A DNA stretch of 32,262 nucleotides from a virus, in the IMG/VR virus record IMGVR_UViG_3300045988_043480, positions 1 to 32,262 of that record. One strand, 5' to 3'. The position numbers and the translations under genes are program-made. Positions 16,302-24,304 of the stretch are shown here, in pieces (positions within the stretch are counted from its first letter, which is position 1; every line of letters starts with the position of its first letter). The notes under the pieces were generated by a model. That model was not told the DNA's origin and searched no databases. It saw only the letters and a program-made list of their open reading frames with translations.

Positions 16302-16326
16302 CAAGTCGCGCGGGTAGACTGAGGGT

Positions 16327-17220
16327 ATGGCTATCTTCACCCTTGACCCGCGCGACGTTCGCCTGACCCTCAACGGGTTCCCCTTGTACGGAACCGACTC
16401 ATACGGGTGCGAATGGCACGTAACATTCCAGAACGTTTCGGGCTTGTTCGATGGCGTTGGTTCGACCTTGCAGACCAAGGACAAAGCGTGGTCTGACGGC
16501 TGGTTTAGCAATATCCCCGTGGCTCAAGGCCGGTCGATCGCTATTGAGGGTCATATCATCGGTAGATGCACTGAGAACTGCATCAACGCTTGGGATGCGT
16601 TCAAGCGTGCGTTCAACATCACAGGCCAGTCGCTTGTCGTGGAGCTTGGGAATATCAGCCGTCAGGTGCAGGTCATGCAATCGTCTTCCGCTCCATTGGT
16701 TGAGTGGGCTGGTGTCAACATTCTCAAATTCAGTATCGGCTTGACCGCTTTGGACTCGTATCTTTACGATACGCAGTCCGTGAGCGGCAATACCGGGTTG
16801 CCGAGCAGTCAGGGCGGTATGACGTTCCCCTATCACTTCGAGGGCATCGACACGGGCACGGGTTCAACGTGGGTATGGTCTGAAACAACGGTGTCGGGTA
16901 GCGTGCGCCTCACGAACACGGGTAGCGCTCCGAGTCCGGTGACGATTCGTATCGACGGGCCTGTGGTGAACCCGCAGGTTGAGCATAGTCCGAGCGGGCA
17001 CATCATGTCGTTCGACCTCAGTTTGGGCGATGGCCACTACATCCTTATCAACGGCGACACCCACGAGATTCTTATTGATGGCACCGACCCTGCGCGTGGC
17101 AGTGTGACCCGACGCGAATGGAGCTACGCGGAGGTCGGGGAGAACATCTGGATGTTCAGCGCCGAGGAACCCTCGGATAACGCTCGTATGACGGTATCGT
17201 TCAACCCGGCTTACATCTAA
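16327..17220 (+). CDS. Distal tail protein (Dit)
   Basis: It lies directly after the tape measure gene and is 297 aa, typical of the siphovirus tail family. Confidence 0.7.
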   Translation: MAIFTLDPRDVRLTLNGFPLYGTDSYGCEWHVTFQNVSGLFDGVGSTLQTKDKAWSDGWFSNIPVAQGRSIAIEGHIIGRCTENCINAWDAFKRAFNITGQSLVVELGNISRQVQVMQSSSAPLVEWAGVNILKFSIGLTALDSYLYDTQSVSGNTGLPSSQGGMTFPYHFEGIDTGTGSTWVWSETTVSGSVRLTNTGSAPSPVTIRIDGPVVNPQVEHSPSGHIMSFDLSLGDGHYILINGDTHEILIDGTDPARGSVTRREWSYAEVGENIWMFSAEEPSDNARMTVSFNPAYI

Positions 17221-17231
17221 GGAGGTGCCGG

Positions 17232-18392
17232 ATGCCATTAATTCCTAACCGATTGCCGCAGGCTAACGGCTTGTACTCTGACACGGCGCGTGTATTGTGG
17301 CAACGCTCCGGGTTGCAATTCGTTGCCGTCACGCTGGATGACGGCACGGTGATAGCCGAACTCCCCGACCTCCAACTGACCCACCTGACGTACCGTTTCG
17401 AGGAAACGACAAGCGAAACAGCCACGCTCCCGTGGCGCAACGCTCCACGCAACTGGGATGAAGCCACCACACCGTATCAGGTCGCCATACTCTTGGTGCG
17501 TGAGTCTACCGTGTTGTGGGGCGGTATCGTGGTCAAACGCGAACGGGTCATGCGCGGCGACGGGTTGACCCTGACACTGGCGACCGTCGAACACTACTTG
17601 GATAACGTGTACGTGCAGGATCACACCTATACGAATCGTGACCAGTGCGAGATCGTGGAAGACCTCGTAACCACCACGCTTGCAGACCACCGTTTCAATT
17701 TCGTTGTCGAAGCGTCCCCGAGTAGCGTCAGGCGCGACCGCACGTATGAGGCCGAGAGCGACAAGACACTGCTAAGCGTATTGCAGGAGCTTGCTAACGT
17801 GTTGAACGGGCCGGAATGGTGTACCTGGTGGCGTGCCATCAATGACGGTCATTATGAACCTGTGATGACGGTTGCTGACCATATCGGTTCCACCACGCCA
17901 AGCACCACGTTCGATGAAAGCGTTATGACCACGTTCACCCTGCTGGAGGATTACACCAACGGTTATGGTGCCAACGCGGTCATGGCGGTGAGTACGGCGG
18001 ACGCTGGCGACCGCCCGCAGTCCGATTGGATGATCGCAGACCAACCCAACCGGCCCATGCTCGAATACGTGTTCCAACCGTCCACCAGCATCACTAACCG
18101 GGAGACCCTGAACGAACACGCCAAGTCTTCGCTGTTGCAGATGCAGGACGGTACTCAGACCATCACTATGGGCTTGAGCCTGCTATCCGCGCCGATGGTG
18201 TACGAGGAATGGAAGCCGGGCGACCTCATATCGTGGACAGTGGAGGAAGACGCCGAACATTTTCCCAACCATAATCACGGTACCGCCCGTATCATCGGCT
18301 ATGAGATAGATTTTAGCGGAGCTTGGACTATTACCCCGACGTTGCAACAGGAGGACACTAATGCCGAGCAAATTCAAGTTCAGTCTAGATAG
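17232..18392 (+). CDS. Tail-associated lysin-position protein (Tal-like, minimal form)
   Basis: It follows Dit and is 386 aa with RBS AGGAGG. Confidence 0.6.
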   Translation: MPLIPNRLPQANGLYSDTARVLWQRSGLQFVAVTLDDGTVIAELPDLQLTHLTYRFEETTSETATLPWRNAPRNWDEATTPYQVAILLVRESTVLWGGIVVKRERVMRGDGLTLTLATVEHYLDNVYVQDHTYTNRDQCEIVEDLVTTTLADHRFNFVVEASPSSVRRDRTYEAESDKTLLSVLQELANVLNGPEWCTWWRAINDGHYEPVMTVADHIGSTTPSTTFDESVMTTFTLLEDYTNGYGANAVMAVSTADAGDRPQSDWMIADQPNRPMLEYVFQPSTSITNRETLNEHAKSSLLQMQDGTQTITMGLSLLSAPMVYEEWKPGDLISWTVEEDAEHFPNHNHGTARIIGYEIDFSGAWTITPTLQQEDTNAEQIQVQSR

Positions 18393-19089
18393 CGCCGACG
18401 CGACCGCACGCCAGTTCTCAGACATCAAACGCCAATTGCAGGAATTGCCGCCGAGCATCGTCAACAGCGTTAAACCCATGGTCGATCAGATCACGGAGAT
18501 GTATGAGGAAGTGCAGACGCTGACGAACAATCTTGACCAGCGTGTGCAGGAAAGCATCACCCGCAACAGCTATACCCGTGCCGAGATTGACGTTAAAACT
18601 CAGACGTGGAACTGGGGTGTGTTGGCTCCCAATCGTGGCGGTACGGGTATCGCCAACGCCTATGACAATGTGTTTACGGTCGGCCCGTGGCGTGCCGTGT
18701 GGGTGTTGTCTGACGGTACTATGGGCACGTCTCAGTCGGTTCGTGCGGTGAAAACCGATATTGTGGACGCGGACGATTATATTCCGGTTGAATCGCTCCG
18801 TAAGGTGAAGTGGTGCATATATCGGATGACGGATGACAAGAACCTGAATCTTGATGACGCTCAGCCGTTGGTCGGTATGATCGCGGACGATATGGACGAA
18901 AACGGGTTGGGTTTCTTCTGTGAATACGATGCAGACGGCACTCTTACGGGCATCAACTACCCCATGCTCGGTGTGGCGGCGCTCAGGCTTGCTCAGCTGG
19001 TGGCGGACGAATTGGACGCGCTCAAGTCGAGGGTTGACGAACTATCCTCTAGCGCGGATAAAATGGGCGTAGACGATTCGGAGGATTGA
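18361..19089 (+). CDS. Tail fibre protein with a C-terminal intramolecular chaperone (Peptidase_S74-like) domain
   Basis: SQSVRAVKTDI ... LVGMIADDMDENG ... DADGTLTGINYPMLGVAALRLAQLVADELDALKSRVDEL follows the S-x-x-R-x-K / G-x-IA / coiled-coil layout of endosialidase-chaperone domains. Confidence 0.7.
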   Translation: MPSKFKFSLDSADATARQFSDIKRQLQELPPSIVNSVKPMVDQITEMYEEVQTLTNNLDQRVQESITRNSYTRAEIDVKTQTWNWGVLAPNRGGTGIANAYDNVFTVGPWRAVWVLSDGTMGTSQSVRAVKTDIVDADDYIPVESLRKVKWCIYRMTDDKNLNLDDAQPLVGMIADDMDENGLGFFCEYDADGTLTGINYPMLGVAALRLAQLVADELDALKSRVDELSSSADKMGVDDSED

Positions 19090-19973
19090 TTATGGCTATT
19101 ATCATGCACCCGTTGACCGCTCGGAACGGTAACCCGGAGTATACGGCTGACGATTACCGTCACGCCATCAACCCTCTATTATTGCCGTCCGATGGTAGCG
19201 CGTTCAACGGGGTGTCTGGCATCCGTTACGGTTCCCCGAGTCCTCTGGTAACGGTGAGCGGCCTGAGGGCGACGGTCAAGGCCCATTGCGGCACCATCAG
19301 TCCGTGGGATGGACTCGGCGCGTACACCTACGCCATCACCACCAACACAACCGTTAATCTTGCCGACTCGACTAACAATTACAAAATTGCTATCACGGTG
19401 GAAGACCCGTCACAGTCGCACGGTACGACTCCGCGCGGCCAGACCCAAGTGTTCCCGGCTGGCACGCCTGACTCGAATATCAATGGTCTGGTGATCGCCG
19501 AGGTAAACGCCGGTGTCGCCAGCGATGTGGCTCCGATTATTCGCAATAACGCTATCCTGATGGCGCGTGATTTTGAACAGCTCAACACCATTGCCGCGAT
19601 GGACGGGCAGGAAGCGGTGACCATTGCCGATAATGCGCATTATGTGAGGAATGACGGAACGTGGGAGGATGTCGTTTATCATGTGAGGAACGGCAATTGG
19701 GAGATGTGGATTAATTCCATGTCCCGCACAGGCATGGTAGTCACATCGGGCAACCATCTGAACGGCGGTTCATGGGACTCGTTGCAGGCACCGTTTACCA
19801 TCCCCGAATACGCGCGGCCCTCGCGAAGCATTCAGAATGCGGCGGTTACTCAGAACGGAGGCAGCACCACCGCCGTTCTGACGATTAATGAGGAAGGTAA
19901 AATCTCATTGAGCAATCAAGGTGCATCAGGTTCCACCAATACCCTGATGGCGTCCTTGACATGGGTGTATTAG
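19086..19973 (+). CDS. Receptor-binding / minor tail protein; constant N-terminal part plus C-terminal variant A
   Basis: 295 aa and last in the tail module. It contains the IADNAHYVRNDGTWEDV junction motif at the left inverted repeat. Confidence 0.6.
   Translation: MIMAIIMHPLTARNGNPEYTADDYRHAINPLLLPSDGSAFNGVSGIRYGSPSPLVTVSGLRATVKAHCGTISPWDGLGAYTYAITTNTTVNLADSTNNYKIAITVEDPSQSHGTTPRGQTQVFPAGTPDSNINGLVIAEVNAGVASDVAPIIRNNAILMARDFEQLNTIAAMDGQEAVTIADNAHYVRNDGTWEDVVYHVRNGNWEMWINSMSRTGMVVTSGNHLNGGSWDSLQAPFTIPEYARPSRSIQNAAVTQNGGSTTAVLTINEEGKISLSNQGASGSTNTLMASLTWVY
19628..19666. repeat. Left arm of an inverted repeat inside the receptor-binding gene
   Basis: cgataatgcgcattatgt (19628-19645) is identical to the reverse complement of 20269-20286. 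Extended to 39 nt, the arms match at 34/39. The core ATAATGCGCATTAT is itself palindromic. Confidence 0.85.
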
Positions 19974-19985
19974 CGGAGACAACTG

Positions 19986-20286
19986 TTAATACTCCCAGCA
20001 AACGGTGATGCGGCCACTCTGCAATGTGTTTTCCGACCCATACAACACGAAAACCTGCCCAGACGCGTTGATGCTGAATGATGCCGCACGATTCGGATAA
20101 TCAGGGTGAAAGAACGTCAACGGTACGGTACTGCCGGAGCCAAGCAACACCATACCGTAAGCGTGACTGATACCGCCGACATCCCCAACAGTACCGACGA
20201 CTGTATTACTTTCGACGCTCCCGAACGTGATTGTCTTACGTTTCAGCTTCCACGTTCCGTCGGTTCTGACATAATGCGCATTATCG
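19986..20286 (-). other. Promoterless, start-less alternative receptor-binding C-terminal cassette (variant B), tail-to-tail with variant A
   Basis: The minus strand reads DDNAHYVRTDGTWKLKRKTITFGS...AASFSINASGQVFVLYGSENTLQSGRITVCWEY*. This parallels variant A (...AVLTINEEGKISLSNQGASGSTNTLMASLTWVY*). The two stop codons are 12 nt apart. Confidence 0.65.
20248..20286. repeat. Right arm of the inverted repeat
   Basis: Reverse complement cgataatgcgcattatgtcagaaccgacggaacgtggaa matches 19628-19666 at 34/39, with the same codon phase (GAT AAT GCG CAT TAT GT). Confidence 0.85.
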
Positions 20287-20306
20287 TCTCGGTCTAATAT
20301 AAGACT

Positions 20307-20675
20307 ATGACAGAAATTCTCACGGCAATCATCGGCGTAGGCGGCGTGGCACTCGGCGGACTCATAACATGGCTAGCCAACCGCCGGTCAGACCTGACAA
20401 GCGCATATCAGGCACTGGTTTCCGCGCAAGGGGATATGAAACGGCAGATCGACGCCCAAGACCAGAAAATAGACACGCTAATCAAGAACCGGGATGCGTT
20501 GCAATACACGATTGACCTTGAGACGGGGTATATTCGCGCGTTGGGACACTGGCTGTCAAAGTTCTGCGAGATCATCGAACCTGAATTTTTGGCGAATCAT
20601 CCTAAACCGTCGTTGCCCGATGACCTACGCGACCGGATTGCATCGCTTGAGGAACTGGCTGGAGATAATGACTAG
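20307..20675 (+). CDS. Membrane-anchored coiled-coil protein (holin-like, spanin-like or lysis regulator candidate)
   Basis: N-terminal TM segment ILTAIIGVGGVALGGLITWLA followed by a coiled-coil region. 122 aa. Confidence 0.45.
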   Translation: MTEILTAIIGVGGVALGGLITWLANRRSDLTSAYQALVSAQGDMKRQIDAQDQKIDTLIKNRDALQYTIDLETGYIRALGHWLSKFCEIIEPEFLANHPKPSLPDDLRDRIASLEELAGDND

Positions 20676-20693
20676 CTGAGCCTAATACGTATT

Positions 20694-20755
20694 ATCGGTA
20701 ATAATAATATCGATTCGTTCGATGATCGGTAATAATAATATCGATTCGTTCGATG
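20694..20755. repeat. Perfect 2 x 31-bp AT-rich tandem repeat in the intergenic region
   Basis: atcggtaataataatatcgattcgttcgatg occurs at 20694-20724 and again at 20725-20755. Each unit has the internal palindrome ATCGA-N5-TCGAT. Confidence 0.95.
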
Positions 20756-20768
20756 ATAAGATGATCCT

Positions 20769-20900
20769 ATGAGACGTTTCAAACGGTGTGTGATCCTTGC
20801 ATTGTTACTCGCCGCCGTCTCGTTGATAGTCCACGTCCTGATGACGGCCTACGCCGTTCTATACATGGCGTGGCTAGTCTTCTACACGATCAGCTTATAG
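20769..20900 (+). CDS. 43-aa hydrophobic micro-protein (holin/antiholin candidate)
   Basis: [43 protein letters not shown]. Its stop TAG overlaps the AGGAGG RBS of the lysin gene. Confidence 0.4.
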   Translation: MRRFKRCVILALLLAAVSLIVHVLMTAYAVLYMAWLVFYTISL

Positions 20901-20911
20901 GAGGAATTTCG

Positions 20912-22051
20912 ATGGCTTTGAACGGTATCGACATCAGCAATTGGCAGGCTGGTATCGACTTGTCTGCCGTACCGTGTGATTTCGTCATCAGCAAGGCGAC
21001 GGAAGGATGCTGGTACGTGTCAGCGTATTGCGCTCGACAAGTGGAACAGGCATTAAATCTGGGGAAATGCGTGGGCGTATACCATTACGCCAACGGCGGT
21101 AACGCCGTCTCCGAAGCCGACTACTTCGTGAACAATTGCGCGAATTGGGTCGGCAAAGTCGTATGGTGCTTGGACTGGGAAGCACAGGGTAACGGACTGT
21201 TCGGGTCTGGCGCGTCTGCTCAGCAGTGGATTAGGTCTTTCTGCGATCGAGTGTACGAGCGTACAGGCTCCCAGCCTATCGTCTACGTGCAAGCGTCCAT
21301 GCTTAACGACGTTCAGAACATTGGCGATCGTGGATTGTGGGTAGCTCAGTACGCGAATATGAACGCTACGGGGTATCAGGATACGCCGTGGAACGAAGGC
21401 GCTTATGCGTGCGCCATCCGCCAGTATTCGTCCAATGGACGCCTACCCGGATACTCAGGCAGTCTTGACCTCAACAAGTTCTACGGTGATGTGAACGCCT
21501 GGAACGCATATAAGGCGGGTCATTCGAGTGTGACCAACGTGCCGACACCTTCCACTCCAGCTCCGTCCACTCCCGCGTCCGGCACGTACACCGTGTGCTC
21601 CGGTGACACGCTGAGCGGTATCGCGTCGATGTATGGGACTAGCTGGCAGGTGCTGGCACAGATCAATAATCTGTCTAACCCTGATCTGATTTATCCCGGT
21701 CAGGTGCTGAAGATCAATGGCACTGCCAATACAGTTCCGTCCGGTAGCGGTACCTATACGGTGCAGTCCGGTGACACGCTGAGCGGTATCGCCGCCAAGT
21801 ACGGGACTTCGTGGCAGACTCTCCAGCAGCTTAACAGCATTGCCAACGCTAATCTGATCTATCCGGGTCAGGTGCTGAAGCTGCCGGGCGGCGCACCGTC
21901 ACCGTCCGTTACCACGTACACTATCCAGTCCGGTGACACATTGAGCGGTATCGCCGCCAAGTACGGTACCAGTGTTTCCAGTCTGGTGGCGTTGAACGGT
22001 ATCGCCAACCCTGATGTGATCTACGCGGGCCAGACGATCCGTATCAAGTAG
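20912..22051 (+). CDS. Endolysin: GH25 muramidase with three C-terminal LysM repeats
   Basis: [32 protein letters not shown] is a GH25 hallmark. Three copies of [42 protein letters not shown] follow. Start chosen 8 nt after AGGAGG rather than the track start at 20786. Confidence 0.9.
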   Translation: MALNGIDISNWQAGIDLSAVPCDFVISKATEGCWYVSAYCARQVEQALNLGKCVGVYHYANGGNAVSEADYFVNNCANWVGKVVWCLDWEAQGNGLFGSGASAQQWIRSFCDRVYERTGSQPIVYVQASMLNDVQNIGDRGLWVAQYANMNATGYQDTPWNEGAYACAIRQYSSNGRLPGYSGSLDLNKFYGDVNAWNAYKAGHSSVTNVPTPSTPAPSTPASGTYTVCSGDTLSGIASMYGTSWQVLAQINNLSNPDLIYPGQVLKINGTANTVPSGSGTYTVQSGDTLSGIAAKYGTSWQTLQQLNSIANANLIYPGQVLKLPGGAPSPSVTTYTIQSGDTLSGIAAKYGTSVSSLVALNGIANPDVIYAGQTIRIK

Positions 22052-22073
22052 ACTATTCGATAGGAGGTTTGTC

Positions 22074-22349
22074 ATGAACATGAATACTGGTGAGCCGACC
22101 AAGGACACCGCGATCAATAACGAAGTGCCGGACGGTAATGATAATTACGTGCCGACGTTCAACGCCGCGACCCGTAGGTGGGCGTATCTGGTTTCCGGCT
22201 TGGTCGGTATCGCCGGTGCGGTGCTGAGTTTCGTGAGCGCCGTGCCGGACATGCCGTCGTGGGTGGCTGTGATGGGTGGCGCTTGCGCTCTGATCGGCTC
22301 CGGCGTGGCTGGAATGTTCGGCGTCCACTACGCAGGTATCTCCAAGTGA
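22074..22349 (+). CDS. Holin candidate (two TM segments)
   Basis: 91 aa with AGGAGG RBS. TM segments WAYLVSGLVGIAGAVLSFVSAV and WVAVMGGACALIGSGVAGMFGV. It is adjacent to the endolysin gene. Confidence 0.6.
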   Translation: MNMNTGEPTKDTAINNEVPDGNDNYVPTFNAATRRWAYLVSGLVGIAGAVLSFVSAVPDMPSWVAVMGGACALIGSGVAGMFGVHYAGISK

Positions 22350-22356
22350 GGTTACC

Positions 22357-23001
22357 ATGAGTATCGCATCCGACTTGTTCCGCACCGTCACCGTCAAGAT
22401 TCACGACATCAGCCAGCAACTCCCGTACATCGTTGTTAATCAGGCGGACGATAACGGCAAGATCATCCGTTTCGTCCCATTGGATCACGGACAGAAGGTC
22501 ACTGGGTTCACCGGTGCCCGCTTGTATTATCCTCCGCGATCTGGCGACCCGTATGGTGATTACGTGACTGGTGTTGAGTCTGACGGTGCTTGGGACTTCG
22601 CTATTCCTGTGGGAGTCTTGAGTGTGGGACGGGTCGGATGCAATCTGTCTTTTATCGACGGGGATGGCGAAACGTATTCGCGGAACGTCGTGTTTCTGGT
22701 GGAACCGGCGGTGTCGGGTGTTTTCGACCCGGAGGACGGTCAGCAGACCCGTATCGACAAGATCGTCGGCACAGTGCAGACTGCCGCAGATACGGCTATC
22801 GACAGCATCAACGAAACCGCTGATAACGCAGTAGAGAAGATCAATCAAACGGTTAATGATGCGGCGGAGGCTGTGGGCGAGCGCGTCTTCTACGCATACC
22901 CGTACCCGCCCGACCCCGGGTGCTGTGTGATAGAGTACCCGGCCTTTCTCGGATACAATGGGAATACGGGCGTGTACATCAATCTAGAGCCGGAGGCATA
23001 G
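22357..23001 (+). CDS. BppU-N-like baseplate/fibre anchoring protein
   Basis: VKIHDISQQLPYIVVNQADDNGKIIRFVPLDHGQKVTGFTGARLYY resembles the BppU N-terminal domain. The central segment TAADTAIDSINETADNAVEKINQTVNDAAEAV is coiled-coil-like. Confidence 0.55.
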   Translation: MSIASDLFRTVTVKIHDISQQLPYIVVNQADDNGKIIRFVPLDHGQKVTGFTGARLYYPPRSGDPYGDYVTGVESDGAWDFAIPVGVLSVGRVGCNLSFIDGDGETYSRNVVFLVEPAVSGVFDPEDGQQTRIDKIVGTVQTAADTAIDSINETADNAVEKINQTVNDAAEAVGERVFYAYPYPPDPGCCVIEYPAFLGYNGNTGVYINLEPEA

Positions 23002-23004
23002 CAC

Positions 23005-23934
23005 ATGGCAGACATCTCCACAGGCACGCAGCGTGGCATCGTCCCTTTCGTGGACGAAACCACAGGACGCCTGCCCGACCAGTATCTTCCGCAGGGAGTC
23101 ATCGACCTCCAAGGCGACCTCGAACAGGCAGTGACGAACGCGGGCGCGAGCGCCACGGCGGCCAAGGCGAGCGCCGAGTCCGCAACCCAGTCCGCGTCTG
23201 CGGCCGCGCAGTCGGCTGAGTCCGCGTCCACCTCGGCGTCTCAGGCAGGCGAGTCCGCGTCTCAGGCGAGCGGCTTCGCGTCCACCGCGTCTCAGGCGGC
23301 GACCACCGCGACGGGTGCGGCCTCCAACGCCTCGGCGTCCGCCACCGTCGCGCAGCAGAGCGCCTCGGAGGCTTCGGCGTCCGCTTCCGCCGCGAAGGCT
23401 TCGGAGACGAACGCGAAGAATTCCGAGAGCAGTGCTGCGGGCAGCGCATCTACCGCCCAGTCAGCCGCGAGCAGTGCAAGCGCGTCCGCCGCCGCTGCGA
23501 AAACATCTGAGAATAATGCGAAGACGTTGGAGACTAACGCGAAAACATCTGAAACGAACGCGAAGACCTCAGAAACGAACGCGGCGTCGAGCGCCCGGAC
23601 CGCACAGACCGCCGCTGATACGGCGAAAGAGATCGCGGACAATTTCGATGTGACCGCCAGCGCTACAGCCAGTGCGCCGGGTGGTGCTGCATCTGTCAAC
23701 GTCACCAAGAAAGGCACATCGTATAATCTAGCGTTTACCATTCCCCGAGGCGCACAAGGGCCGAAGGGCGACCCCGGCCCCAAGGGCGACCCCGGCCCCA
23801 AGGGCGACCCCGGAGATTTGACCACCGTGGCGCACGACGCCACGTTGACCGGCGACGGTACGAGCGGTACACCGCTGGGGAGTGGCGGACGGTACGGCAA
23901 TCAACAATTTTGTCCACTTTTCTGCACCAATTGA
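23005..23934 (+). CDS. Tail fibre, N-terminal and shaft part (Ala/Ser-rich heptad-like repeats plus a collagen-like GxY tract). The frame ends shortly after a G4 tract.
   Basis: SAxxAxxSAxxS-type repeats, ETNAKTS x3, and GAQGPKGDPGPKGDPGPKGDPGD. After ...TLTGDGTSGTPLG the frame reads nonsense-like sequence (SGGRYGNQQFCPLFCTN*). Confidence 0.7.
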   Translation: MADISTGTQRGIVPFVDETTGRLPDQYLPQGVIDLQGDLEQAVTNAGASATAAKASAESATQSASAAAQSAESASTSASQAGESASQASGFASTASQAATTATGAASNASASATVAQQSASEASASASAAKASETNAKNSESSAAGSASTAQSAASSASASAAAAKTSENNAKTLETNAKTSETNAKTSETNAASSARTAQTAADTAKEIADNFDVTASATASAPGGAASVNVTKKGTSYNLAFTIPRGAQGPKGDPGPKGDPGPKGDPGDLTTVAHDATLTGDGTSGTPLGSGGRYGNQQFCPLFCTN

Positions 23935-24292
23935 CTTTAACGACATTGTGGACAACGGGTTTCATGGAATCAATTTGGGGTCTTTTGAGACAGATGTGCT
24001 GAACGCGCCGACTGATTTGTATCATAAACCCGCTCGCTTGTTCATGATTGTCTCTAGCTGCGGTTTTAGGAACAGCTCTAATGTAAAAACTCAAATACTG
24101 GTAAATCGCGGCGGTGAGGAAATCGACTCGTCTGTATACATAAGGCACCGATATAACGCAGGCTGGTCTACTTGGCGTAAATTTGCGTTCACGTCCGACA
24201 TTCCCTCTTTGTCGAAGTATGTCCCTCTCTCCACCTATCAGGCCCTTGAAACACGCGTCCAAGCCCTCGAAGCAAAACTAGCGAACCAGTGA
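23882..24292 (+). CDS. Tail fibre distal (receptor-binding) part in the +1 frame, probably the continuation of 23005..
   Basis: The frame is open from 23849. Removing one G from GGGG (23877-23880) gives ...GTPLGVADGTAINNFVHFSAPIDFNDIV... There is no spaced RBS before the GTG at 23882. Confidence 0.6.
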   Translation: MADGTAINNFVHFSAPIDFNDIVDNGFHGINLGSFETDVLNAPTDLYHKPARLFMIVSSCGFRNSSNVKTQILVNRGGEEIDSSVYIRHRYNAGWSTWRKFAFTSDIPSLSKYVPLSTYQALETRVQALEAKLANQ

Positions 24293-24304
24293 AGGAGCAT
24301 AACC

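Noticed and set aside
19628-20286. Diversity-generating retroelement (template/variable repeat pair) as an explanation for the duplicated fibre sequence
   Set aside because: No reverse transcriptase is present. The repeats are inverted, short (39 bp) and not related by adenine-specific substitutions. The geometry fits site-specific inversion instead.
20106-20297. Plus-strand 63-aa ORF from the six-frame track
   Set aside because: It has no RBS and no recognisable fold. The opposite strand encodes a sequence clearly homologous to the C-terminus of the adjacent receptor-binding protein.
20694-20755. CRISPR array or mini-array
   Set aside because: There are only two directly abutting 31-bp units with no spacers. 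The region is AT-rich and no cas genes are present.
20786-20911. N-terminal extension of the endolysin (track ORF starts at 20786)
   Set aside because: The extension ([20 protein letters not shown]...) looks non-native. A strong AGGAGG sits 8 nt before the ATG at 20912, and the GH25 domain starts right at that Met. The extension also overlaps a better small hydrophobic ORF in another frame.
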